This document shows positions 1 through 9,132 of a stretch of 24,748 nt of DNA, one piece after another. The stretch lies in assembly GCA_027002815.1 (NCBI GenBank), contig JALWZH010000031.1, forward strand, positions 1 to 24,748, read 5' to 3'. The translations under genes and the position numbers were made by a program. The stretch is from Thermoproteales archaeon. GTDB taxonomy: Archaea; Thermoproteota; Thermoprotei; Thermoproteales; Thermoproteaceae. The notes under the pieces are model-generated. The model had not been told where the DNA came from and made no database searches. It was given only the letters and a program-made list of their open reading frames with translations. How positions within the stretch are numbered: position 1 is the stretch's first letter; every line of letters starts with the position of its first letter.

Positions 1-2
1 TA

Positions 3-479
3 GGCGAGATGGGGTACCCGCTGATATCCATGGGCGACGTTGTGCGGGACATAGCCCAGAAACACTCTGTGAGGCCTGACGTGGCCGCTGTGAAGGTACG
101 ACTAGAGATGGGCATGAGGTTCCTTGGCAAGGCCACGGCCCTGAGGCTGCCCAGGGGAGGCCTGGTTGTGGTGGACGGCGTTAGGAGCATCGAGGAGGTG
201 GAACAGCTGGAGGAGGTGGACAGGGTGGTGTTGATCTATGTCGCTGCGCCGCGCAACGTCCGCTACGAGAGACTGGCCATGAGGGGCAGGAGCGACGATC
301 CGAGCACCATCTCGGAGTTCCTCATGAGGGAGTACAGAGAGCTCCGGTTCGGAGTGGCCGACCTCATGTCCAGGGCGGACTATATACTTGTGAACCACGG
401 AAAGGGGACAGACGAGTTGAGGCGGGAGCTGGAGTACATAGTGAGGACCGTGCAGAACGGCGGCCAGGCCCCAACATGA
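3..479 (+). CDS. UPF0200-family P-loop nucleotide-kinase-like protein (dephospho-CoA-kinase/adenylate-kinase-like), 5'-truncated by the window edge
   Basis: Frame 3 is open from the first base. The translated body (GYPLISMGDVVR...VVVDGVRS...RLAMRGRSDDP...ADYILVNHG) resembles archaeal UPF0200 kinases. The N-terminal Walker A segment lies off-window. It is followed by a UPF0201 gene, its usual neighbour. Confidence 0.7.
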   Translation, partial: GEMGYPLISMGDVVRDIAQKHSVRPDVAAVKVRLEMGMRFLGKATALRLPRGGLVVVDGVRSIEEVEQLEEVDRVVLIYVAAPRNVRYERLAMRGRSDDPSTISEFLMREYRELRFGVADLMSRADYILVNHGKGTDELRRELEYIVRTVQNGGQAPT

Positions 480-550
480 CCTGTGGAAGACGGGCATCGT
501 TGGAGCTCCTAGGTGGACACGTATTTTTAGGTTGACATGCCCCTCATGTC

Positions 551-979
551 ATGATAGAGGTGACCGTGATGGCCGAGGTAAGGCCCAGCGAGGACCCCAA
601 GAAGGTCATGAGGTCCGTGAGCAACGTGATCGACATCGAGGAGCTTAGCCTAGAGGAGGTGGAGGGACGCAGATATGTGGTTGGGCGTGCTGTCGGCAAC
701 AAGCCCCTCCTAAAACTCAGACAGCTTATATGGAGCCAGGGCATACAGGACGCTGCTAGGAGCATGCTGAGCAGGGGGGTGATGGGCGATGACGTCCTCA
801 CATTTATGCTGAACAAGCAGGCCGCGTATGTTGGAGTCGTCTCGTTTGTCTCAGACCCAAGCGAGAGCCCGCTTGGGCCCATAATAGTCACGGTTAGGTA
901 TAGGGACATGCGGAGGCTAATCGACTGGCTGGCCCCGAGGACCTATAAAGGGAAGGTCATGTACGACGTGTCCCTCTAG
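551..979 (+). CDS. UPF0201-family small conserved archaeal protein (putative RNA-binding)
   Basis: 142-aa ORF with N-terminus MIEVTVMAEVRPSEDPKKV, typical of UPF0201. TATA-like gtatttttagg at 521-531 lies about 25 nt upstream of ATG 551. Confidence 0.7.
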   Translation: MIEVTVMAEVRPSEDPKKVMRSVSNVIDIEELSLEEVEGRRYVVGRAVGNKPLLKLRQLIWSQGIQDAARSMLSRGVMGDDVLTFMLNKQAAYVGVVSFVSDPSESPLGPIIVTVRYRDMRRLIDWLAPRTYKGKVMYDVSL

Positions 980-1043
980 GGACCAACATGGGGCCAGGGT
1001 CTGGTACCCGTCTATACAGGCCCACGTCAAGCTGTACTTGTAT

Positions 1044-1772
1044 TTAACTTTTCCTTAATACTACTATATCTCTATATAATCCACCATGTACATACATGGA
1101 GCATATCGTTATATATTTATGCCCATGTCCATAGAACATAGAGTAGCTGGGCGCCGCGTAAACCATGTACCCGCCTTCCCTAAGCGTCGAGCCAATTTCG
1201 CCGAGAACCTTCTGCACAATATAACGCACGCCCATGTGGCTGGTGGACATCCTTCCATACGGCACGTCCGTGACTATGGCATCCACTGAGCGTGACCGTA
1301 TGGGCAGTTGCGCTGCGTCGGCCTGCACATAATCACCGTGGTTGCCCAGATTGGCACGTGACGTCATCAGTGCGCCCATGTCCAGGTCCACTGCAAATGC
1401 GTGTGCCCCCACCATGGCCGCCTCCACCAATATGCTTCCCGTGCCCGAAAAGGGGTCCAACACCAACATTCCTTCCCTTATCCTGGCCAGGTTGACCATT
1501 ATCCTAGATACAAGCGGATCCATGGTGACCCTGCCCCTTTTAGACAGGTGATGGGCAAACGCCGACCTGTCAATTTTGAGCGTTGTCTTTCCCCTGACCT
1601 CCTTTATGGTGCCGGCCCTACACAGGGATGACTCGTCGCAGTCAGTGTCCACCCTCATCTCGTCTCCCACATAGGCAATATCGTACGTGCATCCATGTAC
1701 CTCAAGTAACGCCTTTACTTCTTCCACAGCAAGACACCTATATCTCTTGTCGTACTTTATTGATAAAATCAT
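1044..1772 (-). CDS. SAM-dependent RNA (N2-guanine/N6-adenine type) methyltransferase, UPF0020/Trm11-like, without a full THUMP domain
   Basis: SAM-binding motif I VLDPFSGTGSILVEAA, acidic loop FAVDLD, and catalytic (D/N)PPY-type motif VTDVPYG. The ORF track starts at TTG 1790. I prefer ATG 1772, which lies downstream of an AT-rich tract at 1787-1808. Confidence 0.75.
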   Translation of the reverse strand: MILSIKYDKRYRCLAVEEVKALLEVHGCTYDIAYVGDEMRVDTDCDESSLCRAGTIKEVRGKTTLKIDRSAFAHHLSKRGRVTMDPLVSRIMVNLARIREGMLVLDPFSGTGSILVEAAMVGAHAFAVDLDMGALMTSRANLGNHGDYVQADAAQLPIRSRSVDAIVTDVPYGRMSTSHMGVRYIVQKVLGEIGSTLREGGYMVYAAPSYSMFYGHGHKYITICSMYVHGGLYRDIVVLRKS

Positions 1773-2787
1773 ATATATACTTGTTTGCAAATATTGACAA
1801 TAATAGAGTTACTATGGAGACAGCGGCAAATATGACCAACCTGGCCAAGAACTCGGCTGTGAGCGTCTGCCTGTAAAGGTAGTCCCCAAGATAGTTGCCC
1901 AACAACACGAAGAGCAACGCGATGGAGAACATGTAGAGCCTTAGCGTCCTGTTCCTTATGGCACCCTCTATGAAGTTGACCATGAAGGGGAGTGCCACAT
2001 AGGCTGTTATTAGCGGTATTGGGTTTTCGCCGGTCTCCGAAATGGCTATATTTATAGTGCTAACTATGAGTATTGTTGACACGAAGACGCTGAAAAACGT
2101 GAACTCGTACTTCTTTAACATGCTGAAAAATGGAACGTGTAGATCCACCGAGTACAACAGGAGGAGGAGGCCGATTGCGAAGAGAGTGCCGTTCCAAATA
2201 GCCCCAATTATACGTGGGTCCACAAGCTGCCCTATGGCTGCAAACGTGGACCACAGCAACATCAGCACCGATGGGATACCTACAAAGTACCTCTTGTACT
2301 CGGGCTCCCGGACAAGCTTCGTGAAGTAGTACTTAATTAGGCTTGCCGTAGCTTCAACGGACTTTTCCTGTTTGACTATTACCCTCTCAACGTATAGTAT
2401 CGGTCTCCTTTCCCTTATCAATGGGACCACCTCCTCGTCCGAAGGGCCGTCGGAAACTACCACAATGCCGTCAGCGTCGAACCACGACAAAACATCGTTT
2501 AGTTCCCCGAGCACCTTTAGATTCGCCTCGGCACCGCCCCTCGAGGAACCGGCTACTATGGCCACCTCCACGTTGCCGGGGCCCAAAGTCTCCAGCATTT
2601 CATCGTATGCTTTTACCGACGCGAAGATCGCGTTTCCATCGGAATCGTCGGGACACCTCAACATGAACTGTATGCCGGCCCTAAGCACGTTGTCCCTACC
2701 TATTATAGGAGTGTCTACTCTCAACCTTTCACCTATATCGTTGTCCCTGTCAACGTAAAGCACCAGCACCCTTCTGAGGCCTTGCAT
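1738..2787 (-). CDS. DUF373-family archaeal membrane protein (soluble N-terminal domain plus multi-TM C-terminal half)
   Basis: The N-terminus VLVLYVDRDNDIGERLRVDTPIIGRDNVLRAGIQFML...DSDGNAIFASVKAYDEM resembles DUF373. The C-terminal about 190 aa is strongly hydrophobic with several predicted TM helices. An AT-rich box at 2801-2820 lies upstream of ATG 2787. Confidence 0.65.
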   Translation of the reverse strand: MQGLRRVLVLYVDRDNDIGERLRVDTPIIGRDNVLRAGIQFMLRCPDDSDGNAIFASVKAYDEMLETLGPGNVEVAIVAGSSRGGAEANLKVLGELNDVLSWFDADGIVVVSDGPSDEEVVPLIRERRPILYVERVIVKQEKSVEATASLIKYYFTKLVREPEYKRYFVGIPSVLMLLWSTFAAIGQLVDPRIIGAIWNGTLFAIGLLLLLYSVDLHVPFFSMLKKYEFTFFSVFVSTILIVSTINIAISETGENPIPLITAYVALPFMVNFIEGAIRNRTLRLYMFSIALLFVLLGNYLGDYLYRQTLTAEFLARLVIFAAVSIVTLLLSIFANKYIYDFINKVRQEI

Positions 2788-2968
2788 CAGACATTAGGTA
2801 ATGTATTTAAGGTATTAAGCGTTACTACAGCGTTCCTGTACTGCCGTAACAGCAGAGGCACGACATTGATAGGCGGCCTCCCGCTACGTCGCGCTGCGGC
2901 CATCGAAGAGGCGCGTTGCCGTCCATGCGGAAAACGTGTGCCTTATATAATCGCCGATCCTCACACAC

Positions 2969-3133
2969 ATGAAGTGTAGGTTCCTCGTGTACACTGTAGA
3001 CGGCGAAAGATGCGCTTTTATGTCGGTGGACGAGTGGCGGGCCATGCGTAGGAGGATAATGGAGGTATGTATGGCAGGCGGCAGGACATGCCCTGTCCTC
3101 GCCAAATACTATGCTCTGGCCGGCAACACATAG
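2969..3133 (+). CDS. Unlisted 54-aa Cys-containing small protein (hypothetical)
   Basis: Hand translation gives MKCRFLVYTVDGERCAFMSVDEWRAMRRRIMEVCMAGGRTCPVLAKYYALAGNT*. It is below the ORF-track size cut-off. A strong TATA (ccttatataa, 2941-2950) lies about 23 nt upstream of the ATG. Codon usage (AGG, ATA, GC3) matches the neighbouring genes. Confidence 0.4.
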   Translation: MKCRFLVYTVDGERCAFMSVDEWRAMRRRIMEVCMAGGRTCPVLAKYYALAGNT

Positions 3134-3392
3134 CGTCGCCGTACTGGTGCCGACGTTCCTCAACTTAAAACCCAGCACGCTCTCAGGACAGCGTTCCCAA
3201 CACCGCGCACGTTGCGGTTTCTAGGAAAGCCCTGCGGGACAGCCCGTTCCAGCGCTGAGGTTGCGGAGACCGGCAGTTTAGAGGCGCTATGTAACCTTTA
3301 TATTATGTGGTCATTACCACCGCGTATGTCCCAGGGGGTACCACTCACATCGGCACGTGTGCCGACCGCCGCCATGCGCTGTGCGGAGAGAC

Positions 3393-3980
3393 ATGGACAG
3401 CCCTAGAACGCTTAATAGGCTTGGAGGCGTCCTCGAGTATTTTAAACGGAGGAAATTCGGCATAGTGAGGGCGCTCAGGGTCGGCGAGGCCTACATGCTC
3501 TCCAAGGGCTCCTTATACGTGGACGTATGGGCGCCCACGAAGGACTACGTTAAGTATCACGACTACGACAAGCTGGTCAAGGGCCTGGAGCTGGATAGGG
3601 TGCACGCCCTCGTGATAGTTTCCTATAGGCCCTACACGATTATGGATTACCTGAAGAGACTGATGGATGCTGCGGAGAGGTGGTACGGCGTATCCAGCAA
3701 GGTCAGGATGATTGGGGTGTCCGAGGCAGACGTAGAAAGGGGCGTCGAGGATGCCGTGGAAAGGCTCCACACGTATTTCGCCGAGCTCATATCTAGGCCC
3801 GCCGCATCTGGTGAGGAGTGCCCCCGTTGCATGGGGGGGAACCTTCAACGCTACCAATTCGACGATTACTTCTCGCAGAAGCTGTACGGCGTTGCACGTC
3901 AATACGTGTATATATGCGAGAAGTGTGGTCTCCGTATAAGCAGACAGGAACTGTTGCTGGCCCCTAAAGGCTCTTCTTAA
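3393..3980 (+). CDS. Hypothetical protein with C-terminal Cys4 zinc ribbon (CPRC...CEKC)
   Basis: 195-aa ORF from ATG 3393; the ORF track starts at GTG 3357. The C-terminal CPRCMGG-x24-CEKCG is a zinc-ribbon pattern. I do not recognise the N-terminal domain. The only TATA-like box upstream is at 3297-3305. Confidence 0.6.
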   Translation: MDSPRTLNRLGGVLEYFKRRKFGIVRALRVGEAYMLSKGSLYVDVWAPTKDYVKYHDYDKLVKGLELDRVHALVIVSYRPYTIMDYLKRLMDAAERWYGVSSKVRMIGVSEADVERGVEDAVERLHTYFAELISRPAASGEECPRCMGGNLQRYQFDDYFSQKLYGVARQYVYICEKCGLRISRQELLLAPKGSS

Positions 3981-4473
3981 GCAGCTTCACGTACTCCCTC
4001 ATCCACTGAGGCATGTCGCTTGGCACGCGCGACGTGACGAGGTTCCCGTCTACTACCACCGGCTCGTCCACGTACATAGCTCCGGCATTCACAATGTCGT
4101 CCCTTATCCCCGGGTACCCAGTCAGCCTCCTTCCCCTCAAAACCCCGGCGCTGATGAGTATCTGGGGCCCGTGGCATATCGCGGCCACAGGCAGGTTGCT
4201 GTTGAAGAAGAACCTGACCACGTCCAGCACGTCCTTGTCAAGGCGAAGTCTCTCTGGGGCCCTACCGCCAGGCAACACGAGCCCTATATACCCACTGGGG
4301 TCGGTCTCCCTAATGGACAGATCCACGTTTATCTGGTACCCCACCTTTCCCTTTATGGGTCTCTTGTCCATCGACGCTATGTCTACGGAAAATCCCTCTT
4401 CCCTGAGCCTATAATAGGGGTACAACACCTCTACGTCCTCTGCCTGGTCGCCGGTTATCATGAGTATCCTCAT
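3964..4473 (-). CDS. pfpI: PfpI/DJ-1-family intracellular protease/deglycase
   Basis: 169 aa: MRILMITGDQAEDVEVLYPYYRLREEGF...LVLPGGRAPE...VAAICHGPQILISAGV (nucleophile-elbow Cys-His). The minus-strand TATA cttttatagg (4493-4502) lies about 24 nt upstream of ATG 4473. The longer 251-aa track ORF would run into the EF-2 gene. Confidence 0.9.
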   Translation of the reverse strand: MRILMITGDQAEDVEVLYPYYRLREEGFSVDIASMDKRPIKGKVGYQINVDLSIRETDPSGYIGLVLPGGRAPERLRLDKDVLDVVRFFFNSNLPVAAICHGPQILISAGVLRGRRLTGYPGIRDDIVNAGAMYVDEPVVVDGNLVTSRVPSDMPQWMREYVKLLKKSL

Positions 4474-4531
4474 GTCCATGATCATTGTAATACCTATAAA
4501 AGTATACGTGTACTCTACGTTTATGCGACCC

Positions 4532-6751
4532 TTAGTATGGAGGGACGTAGTCCTCCGGCTTCGGTATTTCGGGGGAAAGCCCCTTACGCTTGCGCAGCTG
4601 GCCCGTGAAGTCGGCCAACATGGACTCAGGGAGAGGCGACCACCTTGAGAACTGCATAGACCAGAAGACTTTCCCGGCAGCAGCAGCGCGAAGCTCGTCG
4701 CTGATGTTGAAGCTCTCAAGCACAGGCAGCTCAGCCCTGATCAGTACCATGTACTCGGCCTGGGCCACGTCTATGACCCTGCCACGGTGCTTGTTTAGGA
4801 CGGATATTATGGAGCCCATGTACTCGCTCGTGGTCTTTATGTCGAGCCTAAGTATGGGCTCAAGCAGCGTGGGCCTCGCCGAGAGGATGCCGGCATATAT
4901 GGCGTTCTTAGCCGCAGGCATTATCTGTGCGGGCCCCCTGTGCGCAGGGTCCTCGTGGACCACCGCGTCGTGGAGGACCACCTTGACTCCCCTCACCGGC
5001 TCCAGGGCGAGGGGACCTGCCTGCATGGCCCACCTAAAGCCCTGAACAACGTAGTCCCTTATCTCGCGTAGGTACTGTATACCTGTGGTCCTATCAACAA
5101 ACAGATTTATGTACGTCTCGTCCACTGCCCATATGCCCCTGGCCTCGTCAGCGTCCCAGCCAGCCCTTTCCCTGAGAACCTTGGCCCTCTCCCTTGGGTC
5201 CTGGTCGTCGTTTACCTCGCCGCTTATGATTAGGCTTATAGCCTCCTCGTCCAGCGGTTCCACGCTGATGTAAAGCTTGTTGTGCTTATTAGGCGACTTA
5301 CCCTCATACACTGGGGACTTCGCCCTCACGGTCTCCCTGAACCTTATGAGCGGCGGCGACACGTTGAACTCTAGCTTAGTCCTTTCCTTGAGGAGCCACG
5401 TGGCTATTTCCAAGTGCAGTGTGCCCACGCCAGACAGGAGTATCTGGCCGGTTTCCTGGTCTATCTTGACGTCAAGGGTTGGATCCTCGACGACCAACTC
5501 CTTAAGGGACTCGACGAGCTTGGCCAGGTCCGCCGGATTCTTCGGCTCTACCGCTACGGTGACCACAGGCTCGCTTATGTACTTAAGTCTCTCGAAGGGC
5601 GGTATATCCGCAACGGCGACATCCACTATAGTGTCTCCGGCCCTGGCCTCCTCTACGCCGGCCAACGCCACAATGTTACCCGCGGGCATGTACGGCACTA
5701 TGGCCCTGTTGGGACCCATGTATATGTAGGTCTGGAGGACCCTCTTCTTGGCCTTTGCACCTATTATATACACCTCCTTACCCTCGTGAACCGTGCCGCT
5801 GAATACACGGCCCGTCGCTATCAAGCCGGCGTGGGGGTCCTTCGTCATCTTGCTCACAGCTATGACGAGGGGCCCATCCGCGTTGGCCTCCAGCAGCGCC
5901 TTTCCTACTGGCCCGTCCAGGTCGCCCCTCCACAATTTAGGTATGCGGTACTTTTGGGCCAAATTCGGGGGCGGCACATGTTCTATGATCATGCTGAGTA
6001 TAGCCCTGTACAATGGGAAGTCCTTGGAAAGCTCTTCTACCTGTCCCTTTTCATACGCGTCTATTATATTGGAGAATTTGAGCCCGGCCTTCTGTGCTAT
6101 GGGTATTGTGATCCCCCACTTGTGGAGGGCTGAGCCGAGGGCCACCTGGCCTTTTGACGGGTCCAACTTCCACTTGTCCCTGAACTCTGGCGGCGCGTAC
6201 ATGTCTATAAGCTCGTTGAAGTCCTTGACTATCTGGACTATGCGTTGCTGTATTTCCTGCGGCGACAGCCTAAGCTCCTTGATCAGCCTATCTATCTTGT
6301 TGACGAAGAGGACCGGCCTAACCAACTCCTCCATTGCTTGCCTCACCACGGTCTCAGTCTGGGTCATTATGCCCTCAACGGCGTCTACCACTATGAGTCC
6401 GCCGTCCATGACCCTGAGGGACCTAGTAACGTGGCCGGTGAAGTCCACGTGGCCGGGTGTGTCCACGAAGTTTATGAGGTATGGCTTACCGCCCCATTCG
6501 AAAAACAGCGAGATATTGGCCGCCTTAACTGTCATCTGCCTCAACTGCTCTATGGGCACGTAGTCCAGGGCCAGGGCCTTACCCGCCATCTTGGGCGACA
6601 GGAGGCCGGCGCCCATCAGGAGGGAGTCCGTGCTGGTGGTCTTGCCGTGGTCCACGTGGGCCAACGTTCCTGCGTTACGCACCTGTGCGGGGTTCTTGGC
6701 TATGGCCAATATCTCGTCAATGCTCTTCTCAACTATCCTCACGTATGACAT
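4532..6751 (-). CDS. fusA: Translation elongation factor 2 (aEF-2)
   Basis: 739 aa with G1 AHVDHGKTT, G3 DTPGHVDF and G4 NKIDR. Domain IV carries the diphthamide-region motif HEDPAHRGPAQ. The minus-strand TATA box (plus strand tataaaaaat, 6773-6782) lies about 26 nt upstream of ATG 6751. Confidence 0.97.
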   Translation of the reverse strand: MSYVRIVEKSIDEILAIAKNPAQVRNAGTLAHVDHGKTTSTDSLLMGAGLLSPKMAGKALALDYVPIEQLRQMTVKAANISLFFEWGGKPYLINFVDTPGHVDFTGHVTRSLRVMDGGLIVVDAVEGIMTQTETVVRQAMEELVRPVLFVNKIDRLIKELRLSPQEIQQRIVQIVKDFNELIDMYAPPEFRDKWKLDPSKGQVALGSALHKWGITIPIAQKAGLKFSNIIDAYEKGQVEELSKDFPLYRAILSMIIEHVPPPNLAQKYRIPKLWRGDLDGPVGKALLEANADGPLVIAVSKMTKDPHAGLIATGRVFSGTVHEGKEVYIIGAKAKKRVLQTYIYMGPNRAIVPYMPAGNIVALAGVEEARAGDTIVDVAVADIPPFERLKYISEPVVTVAVEPKNPADLAKLVESLKELVVEDPTLDVKIDQETGQILLSGVGTLHLEIATWLLKERTKLEFNVSPPLIRFRETVRAKSPVYEGKSPNKHNKLYISVEPLDEEAISLIISGEVNDDQDPRERAKVLRERAGWDADEARGIWAVDETYINLFVDRTTGIQYLREIRDYVVQGFRWAMQAGPLALEPVRGVKVVLHDAVVHEDPAHRGPAQIMPAAKNAIYAGILSARPTLLEPILRLDIKTTSEYMGSIISVLNKHRGRVIDVAQAEYMVLIRAELPVLESFNISDELRAAAAGKVFWSMQFSRWSPLPESMLADFTGQLRKRKGLSPEIPKPEDYVPPY

Positions 6752-6781
6752 GTTGTGCCTTTGATGGGCCGGTATAAAAAA

Positions 6782-7336
6782 TTACTTCCTCCTCGTGGGG
6801 GGACCACGTGGGGTCCTCAGCCCCGAATCGCATATCCTGAAAGCCGCATACAGAGCGATCACCAAGGCCATCATAACTGTCAGCCTTACGGCCCACATGA
6901 GCATGCCGGGCCAGCTGGCCGATTGGGGCCTCACCATGAGGGCCAGCACGCCCACGTAGTTGACCGAGAGGACCACCTTGCCGAGCACCCTACTCATTTC
7001 TACTGGGGGCTCAACGTAGTATTGGTCCGGTATAGGGTTGTTATCGCCCTTAGTTATGAGCGTGCATGTGCCTATCGTCCCACTCCCAACGACCCTATGA
7101 ACTACGTCGCCGCCAAGCTTCACGGATCTGTACACTATGACGTCGCCTATTAGGTCGTTGCAGGAAAGTCCGTGCCTAAGCAGTATGACTATGTCTCCTA
7201 GCTTCAGGACGGGCTCCATGGAGAAGCTCGAAACCACTGCCCAGGGAGGCCACACTCCGGCAACCAGCGAAGATATTGTGAATACTACGATCACTATGGC
7301 CACGGTGCTCACCAGCTCCCGCGTAAACTTTCTCAC
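6782..7336 (-). CDS. Archaeal type I signal peptidase (S26B, Sec11-like)
   Basis: N-terminal TM helix followed by SSFSMEPVLKLGDIVIL (Ser nucleophile box), VVHRVVG (His box) and ITKGDNNPIPD. GTG start at 7336, with a TATA-like box (plus strand cctttaatcg, 7355-7364) about 24 nt upstream. Confidence 0.85.
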   Translation of the reverse strand: MRKFTRELVSTVAIVIVVFTISSLVAGVWPPWAVVSSFSMEPVLKLGDIVILLRHGLSCNDLIGDVIVYRSVKLGGDVVHRVVGSGTIGTCTLITKGDNNPIPDQYYVEPPVEMSRVLGKVVLSVNYVGVLALMVRPQSASWPGMLMWAVRLTVMMALVIALYAAFRICDSGLRTPRGPPTRRK

Positions 7337-7384
7337 GAGGGAGTTTTGTGACCTCCTTTAATCGCTTTCCTCTGTTTACAAAGA

Positions 7385-7420
7385 TTAGCTTATATAAAAA
7401 GCTAGCGAAAAACTTAAATA
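7385..7420 (+). promoter_or_regulatory. Thermosome promoter region: palindrome-embedded distal TATA (TATATAAA, 7391-7398) plus proximal TATA (CTTAAATA, 7413-7420)
   Basis: TAGCTT (7386-7391) and AAGCTA (7399-7404) form an inverted repeat around the distal TATA box. The proximal box lies about 26 nt from ATG 7443. Confidence 0.45.
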
Positions 7421-7442
7421 CAAGCGGTTTAACACTCAACAC

Positions 7443-9110
7443 ATGAGCCAGCAGCAGGCACCAAGGACAGGGGTACCGGTAATGATACTGAAGGAGGGCT
7501 CCCAGAGGACTACGGGCGTGGATGCCAGGAGGTCCAACATAATGGCGGCCAAAGTGATCGCTGAGATCCTCTCTACCAGTCTTGGGCCCAGGGGCATGGA
7601 CAAAATGCTCATAGACGCGTTCGGCGACGTCACTATAACTGGGGACGGGGCCACCATACTGAAGGAAATGGAGGTGCAGCACCCCGCTGCAAAACTGCTC
7701 ATCGAGGTCGCAAAGGCGCAGGATGCAGAAGTGGGAGACGGAACAACTACCGTGGTTATACTGGCGGGCAAACTGCTGGAGCTGGCCGAGGAGCTGCTTG
7801 AGGAGGGGATCCATCCCACCCTTGTCATCGAGGGCTACAAGAAGGCCATGGACGAGGCGCTTAGAATAGCGGACGAGATCTCGAGGCCCATAGATGTTGC
7901 CAGTAGGGAGGAGCTCATCAGGATAGTGTCCAATTCCCTCAGTAGCAAGGTGGTTGCCGAGGCTAGGGACTACTTGGCTGGCCTCGTAGTAGACGCTGCG
8001 CTAGCCGCCGCCGAGGATAGGGACGGCAGGAAAGTACTGGACTTGGACTGGATCAAGATAGAGAAGAAGAAGGGCAAGAGCCTATACGAGACCCAAATGG
8101 TGAGGGGAATCGTCCTCGACAAGGAGGTGGTGCACCCGGGCATGCCCAAGAGGCTCACCAACGCCAAGATCGCCATATTGGACGCTCCCCTGGAGATCGA
8201 GAAGCCTGAATGGACCACCAAGATATCGGTGACGTCGCCCGACCAGATAAAGGCTTTCCTTGAGGAGGAGGCCCAGATACTCAAGGCCTATGTGGATCAC
8301 CTGGCCAATATAGGGGCTAACGTGGTGATAACGCAGAAGGGCATAGACGAGGTGGCGCAGCACTTCCTGGCTAAGAGGGGCATTATGGCTGTGAGGAGGG
8401 TCAAGAGGAGCGACATAGAGAAGCTTGCCAGGGCCACCGGGGCCAAGATAATAACCAGCGTCAAGGATGCTAGGGCCGAGGACCTGGGCTTTGCCGGCCT
8501 CGTAGAGGAGAGGAAGGTAGGGGAGGAGAAAATGGTGTTCATAGAGGAGTGTCCCAATCCGAGGGCCGTCACCATGCTTGTAAGGGGAGGAAGCGACAGG
8601 GTGTTGGACGAGGCCGAGAGGAGCCTCCAGGACGCGCTTCACAACGTGAGGGACCTACTTAGGGAGCCCAGGATAGTGCCCGGCGGCGGCGCCCTTGAAA
8701 TAGAGATAGCTAGGAGGCTGAGGGACTTCAGCAGGAAGCTGCCCGGCAAGGAGCAGCTCGCAGTGTTGAAGTTCGCCGAGGCGCTGGAGCACATACCCAC
8801 CATACTGGCCCTCACGGCGGGCCTCGACCCGGTTGACGCCATAGCGGAGCTCCGTAAGAGGCACGACGCGGGCGAGGTGGACGCCGGCATAGACGCTGTC
8901 AGCGGCAAGATAGTCAACATGTACGGCATAAACGTGGCCGATCCCCTCATAGTGAAGAAGCAAGTGGTAAAGAGCGCCACCGAGGCCGCCATAATGATAC
9001 TGAGAATAGACGACATAATTGCGGCTGGTGCGCCTAAGAAGGAGGAGAAGGGCAAGAAGGGCGGCGAGGAGGGAGAGGAGGGCAAGGAGTCCACGCCCAA
9101 GTTCGACTGA
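7443..9110 (+). CDS. ths: Thermosome (group II chaperonin) subunit
   Basis: 555 aa with [22 protein letters not shown] and [14 protein letters not shown] (ATP site), VPGGGALE, and a Gly/Glu/Lys-rich C-terminal tail. TATA cttaaata at 7413-7420 lies about 26 nt upstream of the ATG. Confidence 0.97.
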   Translation: MSQQQAPRTGVPVMILKEGSQRTTGVDARRSNIMAAKVIAEILSTSLGPRGMDKMLIDAFGDVTITGDGATILKEMEVQHPAAKLLIEVAKAQDAEVGDGTTTVVILAGKLLELAEELLEEGIHPTLVIEGYKKAMDEALRIADEISRPIDVASREELIRIVSNSLSSKVVAEARDYLAGLVVDAALAAAEDRDGRKVLDLDWIKIEKKKGKSLYETQMVRGIVLDKEVVHPGMPKRLTNAKIAILDAPLEIEKPEWTTKISVTSPDQIKAFLEEEAQILKAYVDHLANIGANVVITQKGIDEVAQHFLAKRGIMAVRRVKRSDIEKLARATGAKIITSVKDARAEDLGFAGLVEERKVGEEKMVFIEECPNPRAVTMLVRGGSDRVLDEAERSLQDALHNVRDLLREPRIVPGGGALEIEIARRLRDFSRKLPGKEQLAVLKFAEALEHIPTILALTAGLDPVDAIAELRKRHDAGEVDAGIDAVSGKIVNMYGINVADPLIVKKQVVKSATEAAIMILRIDDIIAAGAPKKEEKGKKGGEEGEEGKESTPKFD

Positions 9111-9126
9111 TCCCACAACACCCAAC

Positions 9127-9132
9127 TTTTTT
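9127..9132 (+). terminator. T6 tract after the thermosome stop (archaeal oligo-T terminator), continuous with the rpoK TATA-like box
   Basis: TTTTTT lies 17 nt after the TGA at 9108-9110. The tract continues as TTTTTTAAAT, about 26 nt upstream of GTG 9157. Confidence 0.4.

Noticed and set aside
3224-3232. GGAAAGCCC, resembling the RNase P RNA CR-I motif GGAAAGUCC, in an ORF-poor gap. Thermoproteaceae have miniature type-T RNase P RNAs.
   Set aside because: There is a mismatch at a universally conserved position. No CR-IV/CR-V (ACAGAA...GGCUUA) partner occurs at a sensible distance on either strand, and no P4-compatible pairing exists.
4474-4719. The 82-codon N-terminal extension of the PfpI ORF.
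   Set aside because: It overlaps the 3' end of the EF-2 gene and is Ser/Arg/Cys-rich. PfpI family proteins start at the MRILMITG-type beta strand, and the TATA box at 4493-4502 lies inside the extension.
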